Shown here piece after piece: positions 9,011 to 16,877 of a DNA stretch of 46,532 nt. The notes below the pieces were generated by a model. The model was not told the DNA's origin, did not search any database, and worked only from the letters and a program-made list of their open reading frames with translations. Position 1 is the first letter of the stretch. Every line of letters starts with the position of its first letter. This DNA comes from an uncultured Gammaproteobacteria bacterium. GTDB lineage: Bacteria > Patescibacteriota > Patescibacteriia > Magasanikbacterales > JBBTQS01. Location of the stretch: NCBI GenBank assembly GCA_964554065.1, contig CAZKMQ010000001.1, positions 1 to 46,532 on the forward strand, given 5' to 3'. Made by a program: the position numbers and the translations under genes.

Positions 9011-9655
9011 ATGAAACATTCACATAAACAAGCTATGCACTGGCTTTCTTTTCTTGCCGTGCTCGTTGTTATAGTTGGCGGCCTTATTTATTTGGGACAG
9101 CCAGCATCAGAAGAAGAAATTGCCTCTGAAGTATCCGCAGTTGTTGAGCAAGATAATGTAAAAGGAAGCAAAGATGCACCAATAACACTCATTGAATATA
9201 GTGATTTTCAGTGCCCAGCATGTGCTAGTGTTGCGCCGTTTTTGAGTCAGTTAAATGAGGAGATGCCAGACAAGGTTCAAATTGTGTATAGGCATTTTCC
9301 ATTGCGACAGATTCACCCGTTCGCACAGCTAGCTGCGCAGGCATCTGAGGCTGCAGCTGATCAGGATAAGTTCTGGGAGTATCATGATAAGCTTTTTGAA
9401 AATCAAAATCAGTGGGCAACTGCATCAGTTCCTGAAGAAGTGTTTACTAAGTATGCAGAAGAGCTTGAACTTGATATTGATAAATTCAAGGAAGATTTGA
9501 AAGGCAAGAGCGCAAAAAACAAAGTGAATGGAAATTATCTTGAAGCCGGTCGTATTGGGATAAATTCCACACCAACTTTATTTCTCAATGGTAAGAAAAT
9601 AAGTAATCCTGCAAATTATGCATCGCTTAAAGCGCTTGTGGAACTTGCCCAGTAA
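9011..9655 (+). CDS. DsbA-family thiol:disulfide oxidoreductase (membrane-anchored)
   Basis: It has an N-terminal TM helix and the thioredoxin-fold active site 'FQCPAC'. It also contains 'INSTPTLFLNG' (the cis-Pro loop region). Confidence 0.8.
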   Translation: MKHSHKQAMHWLSFLAVLVVIVGGLIYLGQPASEEEIASEVSAVVEQDNVKGSKDAPITLIEYSDFQCPACASVAPFLSQLNEEMPDKVQIVYRHFPLRQIHPFAQLAAQASEAAADQDKFWEYHDKLFENQNQWATASVPEEVFTKYAEELELDIDKFKEDLKGKSAKNKVNGNYLEAGRIGINSTPTLFLNGKKISNPANYASLKALVELAQ

Positions 9656-10088
9656 ACCACTGCCAAGATGGCTTGTCTGGTTAATTTTTGGTATCGCCCT
9701 TGTTGGTTTTATTGATGCAAGTTATTTAACAGTGCATCATTACCAAGGTGCTCAAGTGCTGTGTGCTGTAATTGAGGGGTGTAACAGTGTGCTTGGCAGT
9801 AAATGGGCGGAAATGATACCAGGCGTGCCAACTGCACTACTTGGTGCGTTATTCTATTTGGGTATGGTTCTTGCAGCATTCCAGTCTATAAGTAGTAAGA
9901 ATAATCAGTGGCTTATGAGATATAGCTGGATGACAATTGTTGGGCTGGTGTTCAGTGGATTTATGGTCTATTTGCAGCTCTATGTGATCCATGCTATTTG
10001 TCAGTACTGCATGTTGTCGGCACTTACCTCGACTATTTTGTTTATATTAGGTATGGTGGTGCTAAGTCTCACTCGAGAAAAGACCTAA
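9618..10088 (+). CDS. Vitamin K epoxide reductase (VKOR) family protein
   Basis: A multi-pass membrane protein with a loop Cys pair 'LCAVIEGC' and the active site 'CQYC' in the last helix region. The ATG at 9618 overlaps the dsbA-like gene by 38 nt. In-frame TTG codons at 9636 and 9645 are alternative starts. Confidence 0.75.
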   Translation: MHRLKRLWNLPSKPLPRWLVWLIFGIALVGFIDASYLTVHHYQGAQVLCAVIEGCNSVLGSKWAEMIPGVPTALLGALFYLGMVLAAFQSISSKNNQWLMRYSWMTIVGLVFSGFMVYLQLYVIHAICQYCMLSALTSTILFILGMVVLSLTREKT

Positions 10089-10091
10089 ATT

Positions 10092-10496
10092 ATGGATTAT
10101 ATTATCCCAGAACACATTCAAAAGAACGCCAAGGTTCTGATGCAGCGCTCAGGTTACCATGAGTTTATCGATCCAAACACTGGTAAGGTTAGTTATATTC
10201 GTCGGCTGGGTGCAGAGTTCTATCCTAGATTTCATGTCTATATAAAAGAAACTGAAGATGATCGTACTATTGCGCTTCATCTTGACCAAAAGCATGTTTC
10301 GTACGAAGGGCAGAAAATGCATGGCGGAGAGTATGATGGGCCAGTGGTTGAAGAGGAGATCGAGCGGCTTAAAGTTGCTATTGAAAAAGAGGTTCTTATT
10401 GGGCTTTCTGATAATACACCTGCGCGTAATAGTGACTCCGGCGGAATTTTGACACAAAGTGGACCGAAAAGCCTGCGTGATAAGTTAGGCATATAG
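10092..10496 (+). CDS. Hypothetical protein
   Basis: A 134-aa ORF tightly packed between its neighbours. It has no TM segment and no family I recognise. The His-rich segment 'YPRFHVYIKE...ALHLDQKHVSYEGQKMHGGEY' is its most distinctive part. Confidence 0.6.
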   Translation: MDYIIPEHIQKNAKVLMQRSGYHEFIDPNTGKVSYIRRLGAEFYPRFHVYIKETEDDRTIALHLDQKHVSYEGQKMHGGEYDGPVVEEEIERLKVAIEKEVLIGLSDNTPARNSDSGGILTQSGPKSLRDKLGI

Positions 10497-10497
10497 T

Positions 10498-11211
10498 ATG
10501 GAGTATTTTCTTGCACCTTTTAATGGGCTTGCGTTTTTAAAAAAGCATAAATCATTGTGGCGTTACGCAGCTTGGCCTTTGGGTATAACAGTTGTTGTGT
10601 ACTTACTGTCATTTCAATTTGTATTTGGTTGGGTTCGCGATGTGATTAATGGTTTTTTGGGAGCAGGAGGAATACTTGCGCTAATCCTGCTGCTTGTGGT
10701 TACTGTTGGATTAATTATTATTTCCTTCTATATCTTTGTTCTATTTTTAAATATTATAGCCGGACCATTTAATGAAGTATTGTCTGAACAGGTTGAGAAA
10801 ATTATTAAGCCTGATAAGAAGCATGAGGGCAAGTTCAATATCAAGAATGTTGTGAAAAGCTACATACGCACTGTTCCTTCTGAAATTGCGCGACTGGGGA
10901 TTTTTGGCTTGTTATCTGTAACGGTTTTTTTTGGAACGATATTTAGTGCTGGTTTATTGTTTTCATTGATTAGTGGAGCTTTGGCTATATTTTTCCTGGT
11001 GTATGAATTTGTAGATTATATTTTGGCGCGGTATGAATGGGGGTTTTTTACCAAAATTCAGTTTATCTTCCATAATCTAGTGCCGTTTGGATTGTATGGG
11101 CTTGGATTGTGGGTATTCTTAATGATTCCGGTTCTTAATTTGTTATTTATTCCTGTAGCAGTGGTAAGTGGTACGCAGGTGGCCTTGCAGTTATATAACA
11201 AAAAGAGGTAG
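10498..11211 (+). CDS. EI24/CysZ-like integral membrane protein
   Basis: The 237-aa ORF has several TM helices. The N-terminus 'FNGLAFLKKHKSLWRYAAWPL' and 'IAGPFNEVLSEQVE' resemble the CysZ/EI24 family pattern. This is judged by eye. Confidence 0.55.
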   Translation: MEYFLAPFNGLAFLKKHKSLWRYAAWPLGITVVVYLLSFQFVFGWVRDVINGFLGAGGILALILLLVVTVGLIIISFYIFVLFLNIIAGPFNEVLSEQVEKIIKPDKKHEGKFNIKNVVKSYIRTVPSEIARLGIFGLLSVTVFFGTIFSAGLLFSLISGALAIFFLVYEFVDYILARYEWGFFTKIQFIFHNLVPFGLYGLGLWVFLMIPVLNLLFIPVAVVSGTQVALQLYNKKR

Positions 11212-11220
11212 GGTGAACAC

Positions 11221-12966
11221 ATGAACGATACAAATGCAATAAAAGACCGCATTGATGTGGTTGATTTTTTAAGCGAATATATTCAGTTGAAGCAGGCTGG
11301 AGCTAATTGGAAGGCGCGATGTCCGTTTCACAATGAGAAATCTCCATCATTTATGGCCAGTCGCGAGAAGCAAATCTGGCATTGTTTTGGTTGTGGTGAG
11401 GGTGGGGATATCTTTTCTTTTTTGCAAAAAATTGAAGGGGTGGAGTTTGTTGAAGCTTTAACAATATTAGCTGAGCGCGCTGGTGTTGCGATTGAAGTCC
11501 GCGGCTCATCTGGACCGGATAAAGATACTAAGACCAGGCTGCGTGACATTTTAAAGACCAGCGCGAACTTTTTTCACGCAATTCTTGAAAGTTCTGAGGC
11601 TTCAGCGCAGGCGCGTGAGTATTTGGAGCGTCGCGGTGTAAATAAAGAAAGTATTGAAAAATGGATGATCGGTTTTATACCTGAGCAAAGTTGGAGTGCG
11701 CTGACCGATTTTTTAACAAAGAAAAAGGGTTATGGGGTGGAGGAGTGTGTAGCAGCAGGAGTTACGCGCCGAAGTGATAAAGGGCGGCACTTTGATGGAT
11801 TTCGCGGTCGGATTATGTTTCCTATTAGTGATGTGCATGGGAGCATTGTTGGTTTTACTGGACGATTGCTTGAGGAAAAGGAAGGGGTGGGGAAGTATGT
11901 GAACACGCCCGAGACTGTACTTTTTGATAAGGGGCGTCTTGTTTATGGATTACATTTGGCTAAGCAAGCTGCTAAGCAATCCGGATACTTTGTGGTTGCT
12001 GAAGGGCAGATGGATGTAATTGCAGCGCATCAAATTGGGATGAAAAATGTTGTCGCAGCATCAGGAACTGCGCTTACTACTGCTCAAATTCAGCTGCTGA
12101 AGCGATATACCCCACAAATACGCATGGCATTTGATAATGACGCAGCAGGAGAGCGCGCAGCTAAGCGTGGCATTGATCTAGCTGTTGAAGCTGGCTTAGA
12201 TGTGCGTGTAATTGTAATTCCAGATGGTGCAGGGGACGATCCAGATGATTGTATTCAAAAGAATCCAGAGGTTTGGGAAAAGTCTGTTGAAAGCGCTAAG
12301 CCAGTTTTTCAATATTATATTGATCGCTATGTAACTGGGGAGGTCCGCCGAGATCCACAAAAGCTAGGACAAGTAAGCACGCTTCTTGCGACTGAACTTG
12401 CGCGGGTAAGTGATCCGGTTGTGGCAGATTTTTGGGCACAAAAGATTAGTAGCAGCCTTGGAACCAGCATAGAAAGTGTGAAGAAAAAAGCCTCACAAAT
12501 GCGTGGAGGAAGGCGCCAACAACCAACACATGAGCAGCAACCAGTATCAGTACCTATTGTCCAGCCTGTGGACAGATTTACGCGCTTGTCTCAATATGCG
12601 CTGTGTATTTTTGCTACAAATGAGTCATTGCTTGCTAATCATCATGTAGATCCTTTAGTATTTGTCACTGATGCTGATCGTGCGCTTTACACATTTTTAC
12701 GGGAAAGGTATACTAATGCTGATGCTCCTGAGGAAACACAACACCGCGAGTATCTCGCAATAATTGAGCTTCTTGCTACAGAGAAGTTATTTGGTTTTAC
12801 AGATGATAAAATCGAACAAGAATTGCACACTGCGGTGACCGAGCTCAAAAAGCATCAATTGGGACAACAACAAAAGATTCTCATGCTCGAGATCGAGCGT
12901 GCCGAGTCTCGCGGGGACCATGCACTCGCCGCAGAGCTAACTCAAAAGTATCAAGATCTCAATTAG
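11221..12966 (+). CDS. dnaG: DNA primase
   Basis: It has the Zn-ribbon 'CPFHNEKSPSF...WHCFGCGEGGD' and the TOPRIM region 'VVAEGQMDVIA...AFDNDAAGERA'. It lies directly upstream of rpoD. Confidence 0.93.
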   Translation: MNDTNAIKDRIDVVDFLSEYIQLKQAGANWKARCPFHNEKSPSFMASREKQIWHCFGCGEGGDIFSFLQKIEGVEFVEALTILAERAGVAIEVRGSSGPDKDTKTRLRDILKTSANFFHAILESSEASAQAREYLERRGVNKESIEKWMIGFIPEQSWSALTDFLTKKKGYGVEECVAAGVTRRSDKGRHFDGFRGRIMFPISDVHGSIVGFTGRLLEEKEGVGKYVNTPETVLFDKGRLVYGLHLAKQAAKQSGYFVVAEGQMDVIAAHQIGMKNVVAASGTALTTAQIQLLKRYTPQIRMAFDNDAAGERAAKRGIDLAVEAGLDVRVIVIPDGAGDDPDDCIQKNPEVWEKSVESAKPVFQYYIDRYVTGEVRRDPQKLGQVSTLLATELARVSDPVVADFWAQKISSSLGTSIESVKKKASQMRGGRRQQPTHEQQPVSVPIVQPVDRFTRLSQYALCIFATNESLLANHHVDPLVFVTDADRALYTFLRERYTNADAPEETQHREYLAIIELLATEKLFGFTDDKIEQELHTAVTELKKHQLGQQQKILMLEIERAESRGDHALAAELTQKYQDLN

Positions 12967-12972
12967 TTTTTT

Positions 12973-14310
12973 ATGAGTACAAAGGCGTTGCCGAAGAAAA
13001 AGGCACCCAAGAAGAAAAAATCAGCTGCTTCTAAGAAAGCGGTGAAGAAAAAAAAGCCAGTAGCAAAGAAGGTTGCAAAGAAAAAACCTATTAAGAAGAA
13101 GGTTGCTACTAGGAAGGTTGTTAAAAAAACTAAAAAGGCGGTTAAAAAGACGGTCAAGCGCGCAGTCAAGGCCAAGAAGAAGCCAACAAAGCGTACACGC
13201 CGACCAGTTGTTCCGCCACCAGCAATTCATCATATTGATACCTTGTTTCGCAAGGCAACTACACGTGGGTTTATTACTGAAACCGAGGTGTTGTTTACAT
13301 TTGGTGAGATAGAGGAGTATGTTCAGTATTATGAAGGGTTTTTGAAGGAGATGGAGCGTCAGGGGTTGCGAATTGTGGAAATGAAGGAGGGGTTTCTTGG
13401 TTCAATTGATCATAAGGCAGAAGTGCGTGATGAGTTTCATATTGAGAAAATCACTGATTTGGCGAAAGGATTTAATTTCACAGACATTAGCGCGGATTCT
13501 ATTCAAATGTATTTGCGCGAGATCGGTAAAATCCCTTTGTTGACGGCCGAACAAGAGGTTGCTTTGTCCAAGCGCAAGGAAAAGAATGAGCGTTTAGCAG
13601 AGAAGGCGCTTATTGTGGCGAACTTGCGACTGGTTGTTTCTATTGCCAAGAAGTTTGTGGGAAAAAATCTTACATTGCTTGACTTAATTCAAGAAGGGAA
13701 TATTGGATTGTTCCGTGCGGTGAAAAAGTTCGAGTATCGTAAAGGATATAAGTTCTCAACCTATGCAACCTGGTGGATTCGTCAGGCAATTACACGTGCT
13801 TTGGCTGATCAATCGCGAACCATTCGTATTCCGGTACACATGGTAGAAACGATTAACAAGTTCATGCAGATCCAGCGTCGGTTGTTGCAAGATTTGGGAC
13901 GTGATCCAACGCCAGAGGAAATTGCCGCGGAAATGGGGCAAGATGTGAAAAAGATTCGTCATATTATTAAGATTTCCCAAGATACAGTTTCATTGGAAGT
14001 GTCTGTTGGTGAAGATGATGATGATTCAAGCTTGCAAGACTTTATTGAGGATGTGAAAAGCGTAAGTCCGGATCGTGCGGCAGCACTCGAGTTGTTAAGC
14101 GACTATGTGATTGAAGCGATCGTTGATTTGTCTCCGCGTGAACAAAAGATCTTGGAAATGCGATTTGGATTGAAAGATGGAATTTCTCATACTTTGGAAG
14201 AAGTTGGTCGTGAGTTTGATGTAACACGTGAGCGTATTCGTCAGATTGAGGCTAAGGCTCTTGAGAAGATTCAGGCAATGCCAATTATTGAGAAATTGAG
14301 GGATTATTAG
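12973..14310 (+). CDS. rpoD: Primary RNA polymerase sigma factor (sigma-70) with Lys-rich N-terminal tail
   Basis: Region 2 reads '[13 protein letters not shown]...[39 protein letters not shown]'. Region 4 reads '[23 protein letters not shown]'. The first ~80 aa are almost entirely K/A/V/P. Confidence 0.93.
   Translation: MSTKALPKKKAPKKKKSAASKKAVKKKKPVAKKVAKKKPIKKKVATRKVVKKTKKAVKKTVKRAVKAKKKPTKRTRRPVVPPPAIHHIDTLFRKATTRGFITETEVLFTFGEIEEYVQYYEGFLKEMERQGLRIVEMKEGFLGSIDHKAEVRDEFHIEKITDLAKGFNFTDISADSIQMYLREIGKIPLLTAEQEVALSKRKEKNERLAEKALIVANLRLVVSIAKKFVGKNLTLLDLIQEGNIGLFRAVKKFEYRKGYKFSTYATWWIRQAITRALADQSRTIRIPVHMVETINKFMQIQRRLLQDLGRDPTPEEIAAEMGQDVKKIRHIIKISQDTVSLEVSVGEDDDDSSLQDFIEDVKSVSPDRAAALELLSDYVIEAIVDLSPREQKILEMRFGLKDGISHTLEEVGREFDVTRERIRQIEAKALEKIQAMPIIEKLRDY
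12982..13206 (+). repeat. Purine-rich low-complexity coding tract (Lys-rich tail of sigma factor)
   Basis: Iterated aag/aaa/gcn/gtn codons encode '[37 protein letters not shown]...'. The tract also generates spurious Phe/Leu-rich antisense ORFs. Confidence 0.7.
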
Positions 14311-14325
14311 TTATAATAAGGAGGT

Positions 14326-14826
14326 ATGGGGTATATTCATGCAATTAAAGGAACAGTCATCGCACTTGTTGTTTTTGGTGTGCTCGCGTGGTTTGTTGGT
14401 GATTTGCAGCGAGAATCTGAAGGTATTGAGGTGATTCTAACAATTAGTACGTTCTTATTTGCGATATTGGCTGGGTTTTTCATTTCTCGGCTAAACGATC
14501 GATACAACAACATTAAATACTTATTTCCGCTAATTCTCTGCACTCTTATGCTGGGAGCTGGGTGCACAGAGGCTAGTAATGAAATAAAATATACAGATGC
14601 AGATGTTGTTCAGTATGGTGATCCTCGTGCTAAGGAATGTCATATAGAGCAATGTCATCCAAGTACTGGAGATGTGAGTTGTGGTTCAAAATCAGAAGGT
14701 AAATGTAAGTATGTGCTTACAAAAGGTGATGTTTGTGCAACTGATCACATCAAGTGCGTTGTTGTAGAAGGGGAATGCCACACAGTGGGTATTAGAGATT
14801 TTGAACAATGTGAATCTGGACAATAA
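14326..14826 (+). CDS. Composite hypothetical protein: 2-TM N-terminal segment fused to an internal lipobox and a Cys-rich domain
   Basis: The 166-aa ORF starts with residues 1-64, which form two TM helices ending 'FFISRLNDRYNNI'. These are followed by a signal-peptide-like segment 'LFPLILCTLMLGAGC' and then an 8-Cys soluble domain. Confidence 0.5.
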   Translation: MGYIHAIKGTVIALVVFGVLAWFVGDLQRESEGIEVILTISTFLFAILAGFFISRLNDRYNNIKYLFPLILCTLMLGAGCTEASNEIKYTDADVVQYGDPRAKECHIEQCHPSTGDVSCGSKSEGKCKYVLTKGDVCATDHIKCVVVEGECHTVGIRDFEQCESGQ

Positions 14827-14832
14827 TTCTGT

Positions 14833-14860
14833 TTGACAAATTTCAAAAAGAGCGTACAAT
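14833..14860 (+). promoter_or_regulatory. Sigma-70-type promoter candidate for the tRNA-Asn gene
   Basis: TTGACA (14833-14838), a 16-nt spacer and TACAAT (14855-14860) lie about 30 nt upstream of the tRNA 5' end. The element overlaps the terminator hairpin of the upstream gene. Confidence 0.4.
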
Positions 14861-14877
14861 AATGGTGCGTTCTTTTT
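14845..14877 (+). terminator. Rho-independent terminator candidate
   Basis: AAAAAGAGCGTAC (14845-14857) pairs with GTGCGTTCTTTTT (14865-14877). That gives 13 bp including two G.U pairs, a 7-nt loop and a 3' arm ending in a U-run. Confidence 0.5.
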
Positions 14878-14889
14878 GATACAAAAAAT

Positions 14890-15200
14890 TCCGAGGTAGC
14901 TCAGCGGTAGAGCAGTTGGCTGTGAATTAACGCAGCTTCCGTTAGAAATGACGGTCGAATAATGAGGTGAATTGCTGGAAGCCTAAATCTAGTATCGGAC
15001 TAGATATGGTAATCAGCAGCCAAGCCCAATGCAGGGAAGGTTCAGAGACTATCCTATATGGAGTACTGTTTCGATCTATATCGAGATGGGAAGCGCCTCA
15101 CATCCTAGCGCAAGCAGGATGATGATATAGTCCACGCCACATGGAAACATGAGGATTACGTGTAACCAATTGGCCGCCGGTTCGAATCCGGCCCTCGGAG
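14890..15200 (+). tRNA. tRNA-Asn(GUU) interrupted by a group I intron (exons 14890-14923 and 15163-15200)
   Basis: The joined exons give a 72-nt cloverleaf. Acceptor is TCCGAGG/CCTCGGA and the D arm is GCTC-AGCGGTA-GAGC. The anticodon stem GTTGG/CCAAT closes the loop CTGT|TAA. The variable loop is TGGCC, the T arm is GCCGG-TTCGAAT-CCGGC and the discriminator is G. U1-A72 plus G73 match bacterial tRNA-Asn. Confidence 0.85.
14924..15162 (+). ncRNA. Group I self-splicing intron, IC3-like, no ORF
   Basis: It carries sequence blocks I recall from tRNA IC3 introns. These are GCCTAAATCTAG (14981-14992), AGCCAAGCC (15018-15026) and GGTTCAGAGACTA (15039-15051), the last pairing with ATAGTCC (15127-15133). 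Exon GGCTGT pairs with intron GCAGCT (14932-14937), placing a U.G wobble at the 5' splice site. The terminal nucleotide is G (15162). A GCAA-capped hairpin lies at 15101-15121. Confidence 0.8.
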
Positions 15201-15205
15201 CATAC

Positions 15206-15240
15206 AAAAGAATAACCCCAATATGGGGTTATTCTTTTGT
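15206..15240 (+). terminator. Rho-independent terminator after tRNA-Asn
   Basis: AAAAGAATAACCCC (15206-15219) pairs perfectly with GGGGTTATTCTTTT (15225-15238). That is 14 bp with a 5-nt loop and a U-run. Confidence 0.8.
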
Positions 15241-15385
15241 TTAATTATGAAGACTGGATTAGAACCCAAGTCCAACGAAGCTGGACGCGGTTCGCATGCG
15301 AGCGAAGTACTTGAGATAAGTTGTGCAAAACATAGTAGTGTATTAAACTGATATCAGTATAGTAATTAAATTTTGATAAAATTAT

Positions 15386-15754
15386 ATGGCAGAAAAACCA
15401 TGTTTTTGTGGACGACCTCATGCGCGAGGTGCGTGTACACAAGATGAATTTACCGTGTTGGACACTCCAGACCTTGCAATTTCACTTACTTCGTCACATG
15501 GCGGAGAAAAAGAGCATGCACTTATTCTTGATTTTGAGGATACGGTTTCTTCAGAAGATGCAAATAGCGCAACAATTACACTTGAAGTTGACGGTAAGAC
15601 TCATGCAATGGATCGTGATGAAAGTATGCCCGGCTCATATGCAATTCCACTATCAGAATTTGGAGATGTGTCATCAGGTCAAGAAGCAAAAGTAAAAATA
15701 ACCTTACCAAACGGTGAAGTTACTGAACACACATTTAATATTGGTTTGAAGTAG
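15386..15754 (+). CDS. Hypothetical protein
   Basis: A 122-aa ORF with an N-terminal 'CFCGRPHARGAC' segment and then an acidic, beta-rich-looking sequence. I recognise no family. Confidence 0.5.
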   Translation: MAEKPCFCGRPHARGACTQDEFTVLDTPDLAISLTSSHGGEKEHALILDFEDTVSSEDANSATITLEVDGKTHAMDRDESMPGSYAIPLSEFGDVSSGQEAKVKITLPNGEVTEHTFNIGLK

Positions 15755-15755
15755 T

Positions 15756-16775
15756 TTACTTCTTCGTTTTCCTGCGCTTATTCTTATTTTTGTTTGAACG
15801 CTTAGCAACTGCGCGCAAGTCCGCATGACGATCAAACTCGTCCATTATTTCTAGTCCAATAATTTCCTCCAAAATATCCTCAATACTCACCACACCGGTG
15901 GTCACGCCAAATTCGTTTTGCACAATAAACAGGTGGTGATGTGTTTTAATAAAGAAATCAAGAGCCTTGTTCAGCGGCTCATTTTCATTCACAAAAAACA
16001 CAGTCTTATTTGTAAAATCTTTCACGCGCTTGCCAACTAATGTTTTACCTAGCAGTTCATGCAAAAATAGCATACCCATGATCGTGTTGTGATCTTCTTT
16101 GTATACTGGAAATCGTGAATGCGGCGAAGATTGCAACTGTTTGATGAGTTTTTTGGTAAATTTTTGATTATATTCCAGCATTTCCGTAACCGTGTGCGGT
16201 GTCATTACGTCCACGATTTTTTTCTGTGCAAACTGCAAAGCACCTTTCAAAATGCGCTCCTCATCAGTTCGCAGATCGCTGTGCTTAGAGTTTTCATGCT
16301 CCTCAATAACACTGATCAGCTCCTTGCGTGAGAACATGCTCGGCATCTCGTGTCCAAGTGTTTTGTCCAAAACCCATGCAATGGGCCAAATAATTGGGTA
16401 CAGTACAAAAATCAAAAGGCGCACAATCCAAGCGGTTTTAGCACCAAAGACCATCGCATGGCGCGAAATCACTGCCTGTGGAATGATCTCACCAAAAAGG
16501 AAGATCAGCGCTGTGGCAATCAGCCCGGCAATTACTCCTGATGCAATTGATCCTAGGAAAATAGAAAGAGCGGCATTGACTGCTACATTGCCAAGTAATA
16601 GCGCTGTGAGCAGTAAATTGCCGCGTTTGCGAATGGGGTAGATCTTTTTAGCGTATTTATCGCCGAGTTTTATTTTGCGTTTGAGAGCGTATACATCTAA
16701 GCTCATCAATCCAAGAGTAAGTCCGGAAAAAAGAGCAGATAGCGCTATTAGTGCAACAGTGATGATGTAGGTCAT
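15756..16775 (-). CDS. CNNM/HlyC-CorC-family transporter (DUF21 membrane domain + CBS pair)
   Basis: The 339-aa ORF has an N-terminal 4-TM DUF21-like region 'LFSGLTLGLMSLD...GEIIPQA'. This is followed by a CBS-pair region 'VDVMTPHT...GVVSIEDILEEIIG'. The C-terminal CorC_HlyC domain appears absent. Confidence 0.85.
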   Translation of the reverse strand: MTYIITVALIALSALFSGLTLGLMSLDVYALKRKIKLGDKYAKKIYPIRKRGNLLLTALLLGNVAVNAALSIFLGSIASGVIAGLIATALIFLFGEIIPQAVISRHAMVFGAKTAWIVRLLIFVLYPIIWPIAWVLDKTLGHEMPSMFSRKELISVIEEHENSKHSDLRTDEERILKGALQFAQKKIVDVMTPHTVTEMLEYNQKFTKKLIKQLQSSPHSRFPVYKEDHNTIMGMLFLHELLGKTLVGKRVKDFTNKTVFFVNENEPLNKALDFFIKTHHHLFIVQNEFGVTTGVVSIEDILEEIIGLEIMDEFDRHADLRAVAKRSNKNKNKRRKTKK

Positions 16776-16877
16776 ATAGACTATATTATAGCAAATTGTA
16801 GGTGTTGGAGAAAGTTAACAAATCAAGTTGCTGGGATTTTGAGTGTGGTATACTAATTTTACTAATTTTATTACTAT

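Noticed and set aside
12963-13233. Two 70-aa minus-strand ORFs and one 79-aa plus-strand ORF across the start of rpoD
   Set aside because: They are Phe/Leu-rich or Arg-rich artefacts of the purine-rich Lys-codon repeat that encodes the sigma factor tail.
14920-15170. An alternative splice register giving tRNA-Thr(UGU) (exon 1 ending CT, exon 2 starting TGTAA)
   Set aside because: That register puts a Watson-Crick U-A rather than the conserved U.G wobble at the 5' splice site in P1. The tRNA body (U1-A72, G73) also looks like Asn rather than Thr. It remains formally possible until spliced RNA is sequenced.
15262-15293. A GC-rich two-tier hairpin (GAACC..GTCCA-loop-TGGAC..GGTTC) downstream of the tRNA-Asn terminator, considered as a tRNA fragment or small RNA
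   Set aside because: It does not fold into a cloverleaf or a T-arm/acceptor minihelix. It has no promoter or terminator of its own and is too short to support a call.
16852-16869. A tandem direct repeat ACTAATTTT x2 upstream of the paralog pair, checked as part of a general scan for CRISPR-like or tandem arrays
   Set aside because: It has only two 9-nt units in an AT-rich promoter region. No repeat-spacer periodicity was seen anywhere in the window, so no CRISPR array is called.
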